Source: Eledone cirrhosa (taxonomy: Eukaryota). From it: 64,000 nt of DNA. Position 1 is the first letter of the stretch; each line of letters starts with the position of its first letter. This document shows, piece by piece, positions 1-15,450 of the stretch. The notes below the pieces were generated by a model that was not told where the DNA came from, ran no database searches, and worked only from the letters and a program-made list of their open reading frames with translations. Made by a program: the position numbers and the translations under genes. The stretch covers positions 136,152,001-136,216,000 of the forward strand of contig OZ024742.1 of the NCBI GenBank assembly GCA_964016885.1, read 5' to 3'.

Positions 1-916
1 AACCCAGCACATGTAGCATGACCAACGAGTTGGAGATCATGTCATGTCTATGTTGAGCTTATTTGCAGCTTATCTCTTCTCGGAAAGGTTAATTTTGCTA
101 ATTTACTATATTCAAGGGAAGGAGTTCGCGCGGTGGTACACTGTACAGAACCGTATTAAACTTGTTATATAATTTAGTTCCCTCTTATGCCAATGCCCTG
201 AGTCCAAACAATTCCAAGAACAAAATTCCTTAAGAATGTTCATAAAATGAATACAAGTAATATGACCGATTCTGATGTCCATAATGCATCTACAGTTTGA
301 ATTTGTACTAATGTAAAAACCATTACTAATGAACAGTTTCAGAATCAGTAGGACACCGGTGTTGTGAGTTGAAATGCTATCTAGCATCAATCATGCAGTT
401 TAGGTCCAATACAAATTGTATTCAGATGGGCGTATTTCGACTTTTCAATCATCCGAAATCGAATTAGATATATACCAGTCATGCTTTGGAGGCGGGCAAT
501 TCGATTTTGTACCATCTCACCAACAATTTGGCTTCTTATTTCTCTTTTCCCAATGTAAGTAATCGATTATTTTCGGCGCGGAGATTACAAAGAATACCGA
601 TGCCAGAATGCATCAGAATGGTTATCAGAAATAATTCAGTGCAATGTACGGTGAATATAGATTTCTCTCTTTCTCCCTCTTTTTCCCCATTACAATTTCT
701 CACTCTCTCACTCACTCTGTACTCTTCTATCTTTCTCTGTTCTCGGGACATCGATCATTTTTCAGTTAATCAATCCTTACAGACAACAGCAGCAGTGCTT
801 TAAAAATTCCTCCAGACTGACAATAATCTTGGAACAGACGACAGATTGTCAATTGTCTGCTGTCTTATTGTCCCTTTCATATATCATCAGAAAAGTACAT
901 TGAATCTCATTCTCTT

Positions 917-1008
<92 letters not shown>

Positions 1009-1170
1009 TGTGTATGTATATATAATGTATGTGTGTATGTATATGTATATATGTATATATACATATGTGTATGCATGTATATGTGTATGTATGTGTATAT
1101 GCATATATATATATATACATATACACACACATACGCACACACACACATATATATATATACCCCCCCACCT

Positions 1171-1210
<40 letters not shown>

Positions 1211-1351
1211 TGTATGTATGTGTGTGTGTGTGGGGGGGGGGGGTTGTCCTGTGCATATACATAGTTTTTCTGAAGTGGATTTCGGATGTGTATTTGTGAC
1301 AAATATTTTATATACTCCCTCAGACACACGTAAAATATGAATGTATATAAT

Positions 1352-1449
1352 AATTATTTCTACTTTTGGCACAAGGCCAGCAATTATCACTGTACATTAC
1401 TGGTACTTTATTTTATCGACTCCGTAAGGATGAAAGGCAAAGTTAACCT
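1352..1449 (-). mobile_element. tRNA-derived SINE family 1 (Meta/MESC-like domain), 3' part
   Basis: Reverse complement of aggttaactttgcctttcatccttacggagtcgataaaataaagtaccagtaat...gccttgtgccaaaagtagaaa, shared with more than 10 copies in the window. Confidence 0.85.
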
Positions 1450-2375
1450 ATAATATTATTTATACTTATATATACACTATATATAATTATAAACAGGAAA
1501 GGTCAGTATTTTTTTTATTTTTTACTACCTTAATACCAGTATGAAAAATAGCTCAATGTAAATACATCAGATGTTTTACAGAGCAGGAATATAAATTACA
1601 GAATTTGAACATAGTTTTGATTATTCTGTAATTTATATGAATGTATATATGAATTCTTCGATTATAAGGTGTATGTCCTTATAGACTCCTTACTTGTACG
1701 ATTAGTATATGCAATAATATGACCTGGTAAATACATTTTGAATGCATATACGAATGTATATATTGTATATAAAAATAAGATTTCCTTCATATGTATGTAT
1801 ATACATATATATATATATATACATATATATATATGTGTTTGTGTGTGTGCATGTGTGTATAGGAGGCTAATATTCACTCTAAAGATGATTAGATGTATAT
1901 ATTTATCTCTGTATATATGTATGCATGCATATATATATTTATGTATATACGTACATATGTACGTACCTCAGTTCGTATGTAGATGTCTGTATATTCTGCT
2001 GTTTCTTTCTGTATACGTGGCTATACACAATAGATCACAAATAACTATGCAAATAAAGACGATATTGATACGTCGCTGTATATACGTGTATTTATGACTA
2101 AAATTATCTATATGTATATATGTACATATTTATGTATAGTAAAATTATTGCACTGTCGTATTGTAAATATTTGATAATTGACTGATTATACATTAATGTG
2201 TGTGAGCGTGTGTGAACACATCTGTTGACTTAGGACACATTGAGAAAATTTGCAAATGACTATAATGATAGTTGGTCACTATACATAGTAGTTAAGAAAA
2301 TAGGGTAAAATAACCTTGGTGACGGAAAAAACCCTCCAGGGGTACTTTATCCGATTCTGTCAAATATTATATTAT

Positions 2376-2560
2376 AATTGTTTCTACTTTAGGCACAAGG
2401 CCAGCAAATACCCAGTTCATTACTGGTACTTTATTTTATCGACCCCGTAAGGATGAAAGGCAAAGTCAACCTCGGCGGGATTTGAACTCAGATCGTAAAG
2501 GGACGTAACTATGCTGGAAAGCATGGCGTCCGACCCTCTACCGATACTGCCAATCCACCC
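2376..2560 (-). mobile_element. SINE family 1, near full length
   Basis: tRNA-like head (ggattggcagtatcggtagag, B-box gagttcaaatccc) plus the shared domain; near identical to 20939-21127. Confidence 0.9.
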
Positions 2561-2720
2561 CATTGCAGTCATTCGCGTTGGGATGTATACGCATTCACAC
2601 ACACACTCATACACACACACATATATAAGGAGAGAGAGATGGGGAGGGGGGGGGATATGTTCCTGACCGTGTCGCCAAGCAGTTTCACCTTGTGTTTAAC
2701 AATTCTTTTCAAGGTCTCAG

Positions 2721-3128
<408 letters not shown>

Positions 3129-3984
3129 ACTATGTGTGTGTTAGTGTGTGTGCAGAGATAGAGGAAGATTTTCCCTAGAGGAAAGGAAAGAGACCACAGT
3201 TAATTAAGTCGCCCAATTCATTAAGTACAGAAGGAACATGATTTATTTATGATAGGAATGGCTAGAACAGTTTCATATATACATAAAGTAAGCATGCATG
3301 AATTACAAGTATATTAGTGTATCGTATATAGTGAATAATTGCAAATTATTTTGGAGTGCTATGCCTATGGGATAAAAACAAAATTAAACGCAAGACGGCG
3401 TGCAACGTTCGCAGAGATAGACAATTTTATTTATTTTAGTATTTCCATACAGAAACTAATAGTATTGCAGTAAATACCTCGATTTAATGTGCACTGATTT
3501 AAGGGATATAGAATTTAACGGACCAAATTATGATTATAATACAATAATGTACCTCCACAATGGTCGCGGTTAAATAACTCCACCCTAAAGAGATAAGTAA
3601 AAGTGATAGATTTCTTGTTGTAGAACAATTTTATACTGTGTACTCGTTGTGTTCTTAATTGAAATACCGCATGTCAACAACATTTCCATCTTTCCACGGT
3701 CGAAAAATATTAAGTACCAGTTACGTAACGGGACCAATTTAATGGATTAACAAGTTGTTTCTATGATAGAAACAATTCTCCCATTAGGTGTTGTTAGATA
3801 GTTGAATCGATAACGTGTTTGTATTTACTTACTCCCCTTTATTCTTCAGTTCAAATCCAGCCAAACTCAAATTTATTTGTCACTCGCGTCAGGTCAATAT
3901 GAATTAGTTATGCCCCAAGCTTGATAAAAGTAACTGCTCACTACTCTAAAATATGTGCCCTTGCCGCTAAACTAGATATCATGG

Positions 3985-4205
3985 TTGTTGCTTTTGTTGT
4001 TTAGTTACTAGTCAAATCTGATCAAGGATATCTATGATTAATAGATATTCCAGCTGTGATCATGATGCTTTTTAAAGATGTAGTATATCTAAAATTACAT
4101 AATTCAATGTGTCTCTTTTGTTCTTGATGTCGTAGTACATAGTGAATCGTGCTCGACAAAAGACCTATGATCAAATAAATTCCATCCGTACCCACCCTGT
4201 CTTAT
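3985..4205. repeat. Old dispersed repeat (ctatgatca...attccagctgtga family)
   Basis: Two diverged units here; opposite-orientation relatives near 8055-8135, 55395-55472 and 57730-57806. Confidence 0.5.
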
Positions 4206-4607
4206 TATTTTGTAGGACAGCATTAACTTATTTATGTAAGGCGGTATGGTATAATTTGAGAAATTTGGCATATATTTTTATCAGGGTAAGTGAATGCATA
4301 GAGACATACTCGACTGGGTGGCGAAAGGTAGAATCTACACGACAGCAGACAAAATATTTTGTGGTATTTGGTTACACTCATTAATATTTTAAGTTCAAAT
4401 CCAACTAGTCTTTATTTTTGTCTTCAATCACTATGAGGACGATAAATATCTTCATTTTTCTTTGCACCCATGCTCCATCCATCTCTAATTGCGACCCAGG
4501 TCTCCCAGTCTGGCGAAACTTTTAACGGTCCATTCCAAGCTCTTATGACGTGATCCAACCATCTCATTTTTCTTTCCTTTACATGATAAATAAAGTACTT
4601 ACTAAAC

Positions 4608-4705
4608 AATTGTTTCTACTTTAGGCACAAGGCCAGCAATTACCCAGTGCATTACTGGTACTTTATTTTATCGACCCCGTAAGGATGAAAGGCAAAGTCA
4701 ACCTT
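4608..4705 (-). mobile_element. SINE family 1, 3' part
   Basis: Near-identical to 2376-2472. Confidence 0.85.
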
Positions 4706-5799
4706 ACTAAATAATAAATTACATATGATCAACTGTAAAAAAGCCAAAACTTGCATTTTGACTTGTATGTTATAATGTTGTTGATAGACGAGACCAATCA
4801 ACAACATTCCAACGTTTTCTACATATATAGACATAACAATACTCGTACTACATATTCCAATATGTTCTGCCCTTCTAACACGGTAGTGAATAGGTTGAGG
4901 TAATTTGAATTGCTACATCGATATACCACTCAAAGGACGTGAGAAGATCACCGGCAGATCTACTAAGTAAATAAAAGCCTCCGTTTCTGTAGGGTTGGGA
5001 ATGGGTGGAACCAATACAACATCGGACAAAGTTTCTTGGTATTTGATTAAACACATTTACATCCTGAGTTAAAATATCAACAAGATTGATTTTTGCCTGT
5101 GATCTGATCGTGATTGATAGAGTAAGTATTGCGTTCGATTTGATCGATCGGTCATTTCTCCATAATATGTGACATTGCATCTGTGTGAGAAACTATAGTG
5201 TTCTTCTAGTTTGGTTTTATTATAGTAAATTTAGTTGTGGGATGTACATCATTTTGATTTGTCATACTACCACACTGAAGATGCATACCCAATCGTCGAT
5301 TGAACATGCATTTACAAGGAGCCGTGTATAAGCAATAAAATGAGATATAAAATCATTAGTGGCTAACATCAAAATTCTCTATAAAATTCCACTCAAAAAT
5401 AAGAAGTGTATTTATGGAAGTTACAGAAATAGCAAAATGCAAGCTAAAGGATCACATCCAGTTTCAGCACAGGTGAAATTATCTATGAAATGTAACCGGA
5501 ATTAACTGCCGAATGCTTTTTTTAATCCGGCGCTGACAATATTATCAATTTTCCTATGACTCTTTGTAACCTACTGCAAAGCGCACAAACCACGTGTTAT
5601 CACTACCATCATTTTTTTTCTGAGGATGAGGTCAAGAAGTTCTTGAAAAGTTAATGGCCCAATGATTATTTTCCTAACTAAACACAAATGACTGATAAAG
5701 AAATATGGAAAATATTTAATTAAAAAAAGATTAAACGCGAACACGGGCAGTTTTCTTTCTTACAGAACATATTTGAAAGAATAGCTGTTCCCTATTGTT

Positions 5800-5945
5800 C
5801 CTGCTTGTCACTGGGTCATCAGACAAGATGATGACCTTGTGAGAAGCAGGCGAAACTCCAGAGTAACAAGACTCACTATTTAGCTTTAATAAAAGGAATA
5901 TTTAACCTCTACCTCGGTATTGAGTACTCTTTTCTCTTGGCCGTC
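5800..5945. mobile_element. Head-to-head hammerhead-bearing element (family D)
   Basis: Minus arm 5828-5800 reads tcttgt-CTGATGA-cccagtgacaagcagg; plus arm 5829-5871 reads TGATGA-ccttgtgagaagcaggc-GAAA-ctccagag-TA-acaaga; downstream gtattgagtac motif is shared with families A and B. Confidence 0.65.
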
Positions 5946-6573
5946 AAGTACATACGGATCTATATATACATACACACACACGCATATCTATACATACACT
6001 CACACATGTATATTTAATCATATATATATGTGCACATAATTATGTAATATAAGTATAATTACATATATATAAATATTTAAATGCAATTATACATATAATT
6101 AAATATAGAGTATAAACAATTAAATATATATAATTATGTATATATACATTATATTTACATGTAAGTTTGTGTGTTTGCCTGCATGTATTTATGTCGAGCT
6201 GATTATTATATATATTACTGTGTATCTGCGAGAATAGGTATGTATGTATATTTGTAGAGTATACTGAGGTAAGCTATAATCATTATGATAGTACCTATAG
6301 AAGAGAGGTGAGTGGAATGTTTTGCCTCCTTCGTTCTCTCCCTCTTTCTCTCTCTGAAGGAAAATATCGATGTGTGTGTCCCAATACAGCTAGCTAAACA
6401 CACACACATACACACACACACACAATCTGTATTTGTTTCACACTCACACAGTTTCTCTCTCTCTCTCTCTCTCCCCCCTCTCTCTCTCTATCTTCTCTCT
6501 CCAAGCACCTATGAAGGAAAATATCGATTTATGCGTGTGTGTCCCAATAGAAATAGCCGCTACTGCATTCACC

Positions 6574-6674
<101 letters not shown>

Positions 6675-6860
6675 CAATAAGGTTATTTGATGGGAAGTGA
6701 AGGAACAAAGCAGAAATAACTCGCAGGATTACATCAACCTGTCGGATTCTCTTCATCTACCTTGCATTACCTGTCTCTTTCTTTCTCAGTTTTTCTCCAT
6801 GTCTCTCCCTCCTCGCCCCCTCTCACACACACACACTCTCTCTCCCTTTCTCTCTCTCTG

Positions 6861-6901
<41 letters not shown>

Positions 6902-7696
6902 TCTATGTGTGTGTGTCTACGTATGTATGTATGCATACATTTATATGTATATATATATGTATCCATACCAGTAAATTACTGCATCAATGTTTTGTTTTTA
7001 TCTCTGAATTGGCTACGTTTCTATGTGAGAAAGGTCATAGCGAAATTAGAGAAAATGTGGGTTGTGGATCCCTCACAAAGGCCCTTTTCTCAAGAAATGA
7101 AGACGAAGAAGGGCATCCCATAGAAAAACCTGATATACTACTATAACGATCGGCGGAGTGTCTTCGATGTGCTGTACCGTACGGAACAGAAATTGAAAAG
7201 AAAGTTTTTTCTATCTATCTGTCTGTCTATCTATCCCGCCCATTGTCTGTCTGTCTGTCTATTCCCCCTCACTCCCACCCCCTCTCTCTCTCTCACACAC
7301 ACACTCTGGCACTCTCCCTTTCTGTCTCTCTGTTGATTGGACTGTCCATGTACACTATGTTCCCCCCCACCACCTTCAATCGATTTATTAGTCTACCTAT
7401 TTGTCTTTAATAATGTATGTTCAGGTTTTTCTTCTAGTTTTCTCCTCTTCTTTTCTCTCTTTCATAAACCCCCCAATCCTCTTTCCCTTTCTCTGTTTCT
7501 TCCAATCTTCAAACTAAGACGTTGTTGGTATTGTGATGTCATAATTAAAAGAATTCATTTCAATAATTAATTATGAATATTCGAAATTTGTATTCTCGAA
7601 CGCTACCGCGCATACTATTATAGATAGAGGTTTTGCGTCGAATACAGGACGTACACACACACATACACACAGACACACACACACACACAGACACAT

Positions 7697-7743
<47 letters not shown>

Positions 7744-8364
7744 GACACACACACACGGACACATGGACACACACACACGGACACACACACACACACACAC
7801 ACATATATATGGATGTCTTGACACACACACATGCACACACAATGAGAGGCACAAAGATTCGGACATCTGTACCATACTCCAACTTGCAAGACATAACAGC
7901 CAAGTCTCCCTCTAATCATACATACCTTTTCATTCTGGTTTCATTTTATAGACTTCAGTCATACCAGGTTATCTTTTTCCGTTGCCACTTTCTTCTATCT
8001 AATTCAATATAACACATTGGATGTTGTCTTGTATAACCCATCTTATCTAAAAATATTACATGACCGTCATGGCTGGATTAGAATATCTTTCGATCATATA
8101 TCAGTTCGATCACGGCTGACTTTAGTGTAAACAAAAGCAGGAATAAACACTAATGAAAAACAGGGAGAGATTGGAATGAGAGAAAGACAGAGGGGCGTAA
8201 TGAAGAGCGTGAAAGATAGGGAGATAGCTCAGAAGGGAAATAGAGACGGATAAGAAGCTCAGGAAGGAGAGTGAGAGAGGGATGGATAGTGAAGGAGAAA
8301 CAAATATGGAGAGTGAAATAGTATGTATGTGTGTGTTTGTTTGTATATATATATTATGTGTGTA

Positions 8365-8670
8365 AGCGCGTGACTTAGTGATTGGGTTGTTCGGCTCAGG
8401 ATTGCAAGGTTGTGAATTGGAATTAAGGCAGAGCAATGTCTTTGAGTAAGACACTTTATTTGATGCTCCTCCAGTTTACTTACCTTAGTTGTACTTGGAA
8501 TTAAATGTGTCATCCTTGTCGCACACTGTGTTACGCTGAATCTCCCTGAGAACTACGTTATGAGTGCATATGTCTACTGAATTCACAGGCAAGTTTACGA
8601 TAATTTCACGAGCATGCTATTTCGTTGAAGAAGCAACTGTAACACGCGTCGTCGAGACCGATGGTTATAT
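8365..8670 (+). mobile_element. CORE-like SINE with gaatctccctgagaactacg body
   Basis: Degenerate tRNA head and tgtctttgagtaagacact; body shared with 60460-60640 and 63600-63965. Confidence 0.7.
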
Positions 8671-9326
8671 AACACACATGTGTGAGTGTGTATGAACGTG
8701 TGTGTAATCACGCGTTAGTGTGGGAACTAGTGAATGAGTTTGTTTATTCATGTATACTAGTGAATGAGTTTGTTTATTCATGTTTGACTTTACCTATGAA
8801 GGTGATAATGTCAGATACTCTTTCTGTATGTTTATCCGTTGTCTGTGACATTTACACATTCGATACTGAGATACGAATAGGCTAAAAATTACATGACAGA
8901 TACGAATCCAGAAACCCATAGCGATGGGATATGGTCACATTAAATTATTCATAACAAGACTCATGTATGTTTATTATATATGTATAAGCATACAATATAC
9001 CTTCACATACTCCATTATTGGGAACCACGCTGTTAATGTTTCTGCTGGTTAATTCTGGCCAGCTAAATTGGCACTATATGCAAATGAGAACATCCAGGCA
9101 ATGTTTCATACGCAAAAAACATATAAGCTTTAGCTTTGCTCAGTACCGAGTGAGTAAACAGCATCGGTGACAGATGAAATCCCCAAACACGTGGCTGGTA
9201 TTCTTACGGGCTACTATGATAGCTGTCTGTGATACACATGATCACAACTTTAAATATCGAAAAGGGTGACTCTTGGATGTTTATTATACATAAACATATT
9301 GTATATATCCTCATATACACATTTAT

Positions 9327-9409
<83 letters not shown>

Positions 9410-9532
9410 AATAAGAATAACAAGGTGAATTCGTTAATTAATTCATTGCTTTACGATCGTTTCAGAAAAATATAATAAATATGCTGTCCTTGCGAGTGTT
9501 CTAATATAAATCGCTACCGCCAGTCTCGAGAA

Positions 9533-9610
9533 ACACATCTGTGTTGCTGTGTATTCTCAGAAACAATGGAAATCCATTGTTTCTGAGAATAGACAACAGA
9601 ATAGATGTGT
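9533..9610. repeat. Foldback inverted repeat
   Basis: Perfect 19-bp arms tattctcagaaacaatgga / tccattgtttctgagaata (9552-9591), 2-nt spacer, imperfect extension to acacatct/agatgtgt. Confidence 0.85.
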
Positions 9611-9829
9611 AAACCAATGCATTACTTAACTACTTCACGTCGTTTTTCGTATTCTTTCATGTTCAACACAATATATGAAGCTGAGTAGATTTGAATACTC
9701 AACGACATATACGTGGATATCATCTTTCCACAGAAACGGATAACACTCTGCTTCGAGTGAATATTCACATCAACACTATATCGAGTTCCAAAATGATTAT
9801 CAATCTTACGCTAACTACACACACACACA

Positions 9830-9870
<41 letters not shown>

Positions 9871-10309
9871 ACGCACACACACACACACCTCTGTGGGTAT
9901 GCATGTATGTGTGGCTGTGTTAGCTATGAAAAATTCTAGAAGTATATTTCGTTCAAGGAATCATAAGATTCTTAACTCCTTTTTCAGTTTTTTCACTAAA
10001 AGATTTGCTAAGAATATTTTACCTCCTCACATAAGGTTTCTTTTCTCGTGATTTTAAAGGTTATATTAAATGATTTTAGATTACTAAAACTCTAATAGCC
10101 GTGACGGAAATGGTTTTTAAAAAAAACTTGCTGTTTTTGCTATGACACATACATATTTATAAATAAATCCCTTAAACTCTTCACTTGTAAAATTTCTCCT
10201 CCAAACACATTTCTAGGTTTAACTTCTCACATTAGTATCACACATAACATAATATGCAGACATGTGTTTATGTGTATAAGTGTGTATATATTTGTGTGTA
10301 AGTATGTAC

Positions 10310-10354
<45 letters not shown>

Positions 10355-13024
10355 TAAATAGGCGTGTACAAGCTATTTTAATATACATTCGAATAAGTGC
10401 GTCAAAAGATGTATGCATATAGTTATATACATGCATAACACACACACATATACACACACACACATATATATATATATATAATCTTCTGTTCATTTACTTT
10501 TGAGTAGACATTTCATTGGTTTAAATCGAATGTATACACATATACACCCATTCGTTCCAACACACTAAGAAATGCTCACAAACTTTATACAAGCATAAAT
10601 TCAATATACACACATAAAACACCTTACAGATAACTACAAACATGTATACAAGCACATAGGAATGTACAAATAAAGGGCCCTCAACTCCTCAACTCACACC
10701 GTGTCTTGGGCAGTTCATTTCCTTCAGTAAGCAAGTGAGTTGGAAGAATGAGGGAGAATTGACTCAAATACTTTTCTGATACTTTATTTATCGACATCTT
10801 AATGATGAAAGGCAGAGCTGCTCTCGGCTGGATTTGAACTTAGAGCGAACTGAGCTGAAAGAAATACTGAGGCCTTTTTCATCCGACATCTTAACGACAG
10901 CCAATTTATACCTTATGTGGAAATATTAATATATGTAAAATATAAAAAAATTAGTGGCACTAACACGTAGATAGAATGACAGCCCCACGTTGTCATAGAC
11001 ACACAAAGATATGCTGTGAATAATAATCTGTGTAACCCTTTTTGACATACATACATAACAACATACATACATGCACACGGGCGCATGTTGAACCTCTGCC
11101 TTTCAGCCTGCTCGGGAAATTACTTGGTCGAAACAAAAACTTGTGTCTTGGGCATACATTTTTTTTATTTCTCATGTATATTCATTTCAACATGCCTTCC
11201 GTTTCGGTGTAGCGGACATTTTTACCAAGAAGGTTAACGATAACTGTAAACCACAAAGTTCAAAACAGAAAAAAAGAAGAAAAGAATGTTATTGAATCAA
11301 GCAGATACATGTACTTTGTCAAACGATAAAAAATAATAGATAATTAAATAAATAATAATAAAAATCCGGCACTTTTACAAGTGGACATAACTATTTTCAT
11401 GAAACAATCAAAAGTATTAACAATATTTTTTGCTAGTGTTACTAAACAAGAAGTATAGACATCATTCAGTCACAGGAAGAACAGGGAAAAGAAAGAAAAC
11501 GTAGGAGTGGTATATTGCTACACAGTGATTCTTTGCCTGGTGGATTCATCCAGAACGGACAAGATTACAAGTAACTTATCTCTAATAGAAGAACAGAATA
11601 TTTAATTAGTTAATTGCTCTTACAGATCAAGTGCTACATTCTGAAACTTAGGAATAGTAAGAGAAAATACCACATTTTTCTCGAATGAACTCTGTGCTAC
11701 GGTGAGAAGGAACATTCCAGTCTGTTGCAGAGAAGCTTCGGCCCGAGGACTATGGATCACATCCGGAAATCCCACCCCTGGCAGTGCTATTGCGCGTGTG
11801 CGGTTTGCCATTTCAAGAGAAAATCTTCACGTACGAACGAACCTGTACGAGACAAGCAGAACGACGGAACCGTCTGAACACACTTGTTCAGTGTCCATTA
11901 ATCGCTGACTTCTGGATGTTTTTATCGAACAACTTTTAGGCGTATAGAATAAAACACCTATCGGACAAGTTCATCATAAAAACCGCACTCAGCATTCTTT
12001 TTATGACTGTTTGGTAGCTATGGTGAATGATGTTGTCGTGGACGTGAAAGGATTGAAGACATACTTTCTATTTCGGCCAAGCCACTTTCATTCTTTTGTG
12101 TTTAAAGATGTTTGTAAGTGACGGGTATAGCTTGAGTTAATGACCCTAGTCAGCATGAACATATTGACCGGATATGATAGCTGAAAAGGAAACATTACCT
12201 TGAAGACAAGGGTATTCCTAGATCTGTAGGATTCCTTGACTGGCCCCAGGTAGGAATATTTTTGGGAACATTTTAAGATTTTGTATAATGTGCATAGTGT
12301 CATTTTTCTAGGTTTTCTCTTGCATTCGTTTTTATTGTATGGCTCCACTTATTCTTTTATATCTTGAGTGTATTTATATATGTCATGTTGTGTATGCTAG
12401 GGGAATAGGCTTTTTTGTATATATAAATTACCAATATTTAAGTCGGTGAAGCGGCAGTCACTACAATGTTAGTGCTACTTGGTCAAAATCTGCGCTCGCT
12501 GTTCAAATGTTGCCGAGGTCAATTTTGTCTTTCATCCTTTTGAGATCGACAACAAATGGTGTACATGTTCAGTACTAGAAGTGATTCTCTCTCTCTCTCA
12601 CTCTCACCACGCATGCATTCCTGCAACCATACATACATGCAAACATACATTCATGCAAACATACATACATGCAAACATACATACATTCATACATATCCTT
12701 TTTTTTTTTCTCCTAAAAATCGACTGTGCTTCGACCTTGAAATGAGTGTGCACGACATACGGTGAAAATCATGTTCGGCGCTCTTACGACACCACCAATT
12801 ATGGGTCCATGGCAATGTTAACATACGTGTTTTACTTCATGTTTGTGTGTATTTGCTATTTATATATACACAATCACACTTAGATACAGAGAACAGAACC
12901 TACGCTTACACATTTCAATTCGGTCATCGAATAAACTCATTAAATGAATGAACACGCAATATGTGTAAACAAAGTGTAGAATTTATATTCTAAAACAAAA
13001 ATGGCTGTTGCTTCATCTGACGAC

Positions 13025-13085
<61 letters not shown>

Positions 13086-13416
13086 GATAAATCTACCAAG
13101 AGTTTACGGTAGTGTCCAATCCGTATGAAGAACTCAATGTATTCCGGATATCATGGAGAGAAGAGATGTAATGAAAAACCACTTTCGGTGAAAGATAAAC
13201 GGTATACAGAGTCAAGATAAAATATTAAACAAATAATGAATAAACAATTCCTTATATTAAACAAAAAAAGTTCATTATTTAACGATCGTTTCTAGGATAT
13301 ATATGTGTTAGAATTGGTATGCATATTCAACAGATCTATGTACAAAATTATACAAAATTATACAAATTATCAAGATTAAATATACATACCAAACACATAT
13401 ATACGCCGTCTTCAGA

Positions 13417-13463
<47 letters not shown>

Positions 13464-13604
13464 CATACAATAATGATAATGAGTATAACCAAAGCTTCAG
13501 CTGCACAATAGTAGAACTATATATATATATATGAAAAATAAAGGGAAACAACATAGTACAATGAAGAAATGTTTGGTTTAACGCGTGATATAATAAGAAC
13601 ATAG

Positions 13605-13640
13605 TCTTTACGTTTCGGACACTAGTCTTTGATCAGAAGA
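13605..13640 (-). ncRNA. Degenerate minimal (Penelope-type) hammerhead motif
   Basis: Minus strand tctt-CTGATCA-aagactagtgtcc-GAAACGTA-aaga: 4-bp stem I, palindromic ACGT in place of stem III, core G8 changed to C. Confidence 0.55.
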
Positions 13641-14668
13641 TAGAATGGGCAATAGAAGTTATAATAGAAAGATAGAAAGTGTGAAGAGGAAAGAACGTAA
13701 ACAAAAATTAGGGGGAAAAGACGTGTTTCAGACAGCCATATATATATGTACGTTAAAAAAATACTGCAAGAAGATACATGTAATATAAACACACATTAAA
13801 AATGTAACACAGGTACCTTCACACACATGTTATTTATACTTAAGTGAGATGCACGAGAAGCACATATGCACTTAAACATGGTGTGTTCACACACACTGGG
13901 AGGCAAAAGGCAACACGCATTCATAATTCAGAAACACAATACGCACCGCACATATACAATGTATAGTGTAGGTGAACGAGAAGTAAAAGCGTCTCCTTCG
14001 GTTTCGACGATGGCTTTCCAGTTGTTCTATAAACTGACACTGCCTAATCATTGAAGTAACGGTTGAGTATCCTATAGAGACTTGTACCCTAAACATAATC
14101 AACCCTCGGCCTGAATAAAAGTGATAATGTCTGACAAGGTCGGACGTTTGAATCTTAGGTTCAGTTTATCTGAAGAGTCAATTGAAACAGTCATTCCACC
14201 AATCGTATTCTATGCAGAAGTTTAGGTTTATACGAGGTCCGGAAGGAAAGATGCAATACAGCGGGATTGAAAGCGAGACCCTATGAGTGTGAAACGAATG
14301 TTTTTATCCCTTGGCCGTGTCAAACACATGACCCTACGCACCACAGATACCATACACAGGCATACCATACATACACTCAAACATGCAAAAGCTACCTTGA
14401 AATTAAACATATTGCACATACACACATACATACATTGAAAACATACTTCACACTCAACATGTAAAGTAACACGATCTCAAAACACAGTTTTCGGCGAGAG
14501 CAACAATCACATAGCTTTAATGCACACACGCATATTCACTCCGGCATTACACAAACATTTGTGCGTAAAACGTACAGCACACACAGACACAAAAATGTCC
14601 GCCTTTAAACACACACGCACGCTTGCGCGCTCAGTTCACTTTCTCTCACACATTTCCCTCACCCTTTC

Positions 14669-14728
<60 letters not shown>

Positions 14729-14840
14729 TTATTTATGTATATATATCCCTCGTGTTTCTCTTTCACACACATTCTTGCTATGTACTTCTTTCCGTCTATC
14801 CTATTAATGCACGCGTGCGCACAACATTCATACCGTATAT

Positions 14841-15450
<610 letters not shown>

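Noticed and set aside
3468-3525. Tigger-like left TIR (cagtaaatacctcg)
   Set aside because: No matching right TIR found, so not called
4424-4609. RWLDHVIR motif resembling an RTE C-terminus
   Set aside because: Single short motif; flanking translation does not continue the similarity
6355-6556. Short direct duplications (also 8727-8784 and about 46687-46722)
   Set aside because: Ordinary local slippage duplications with no further structure
13016-13028. CTGACGA possible hammerhead core
   Set aside because: Runs into (AT)n with no GAAA or stems
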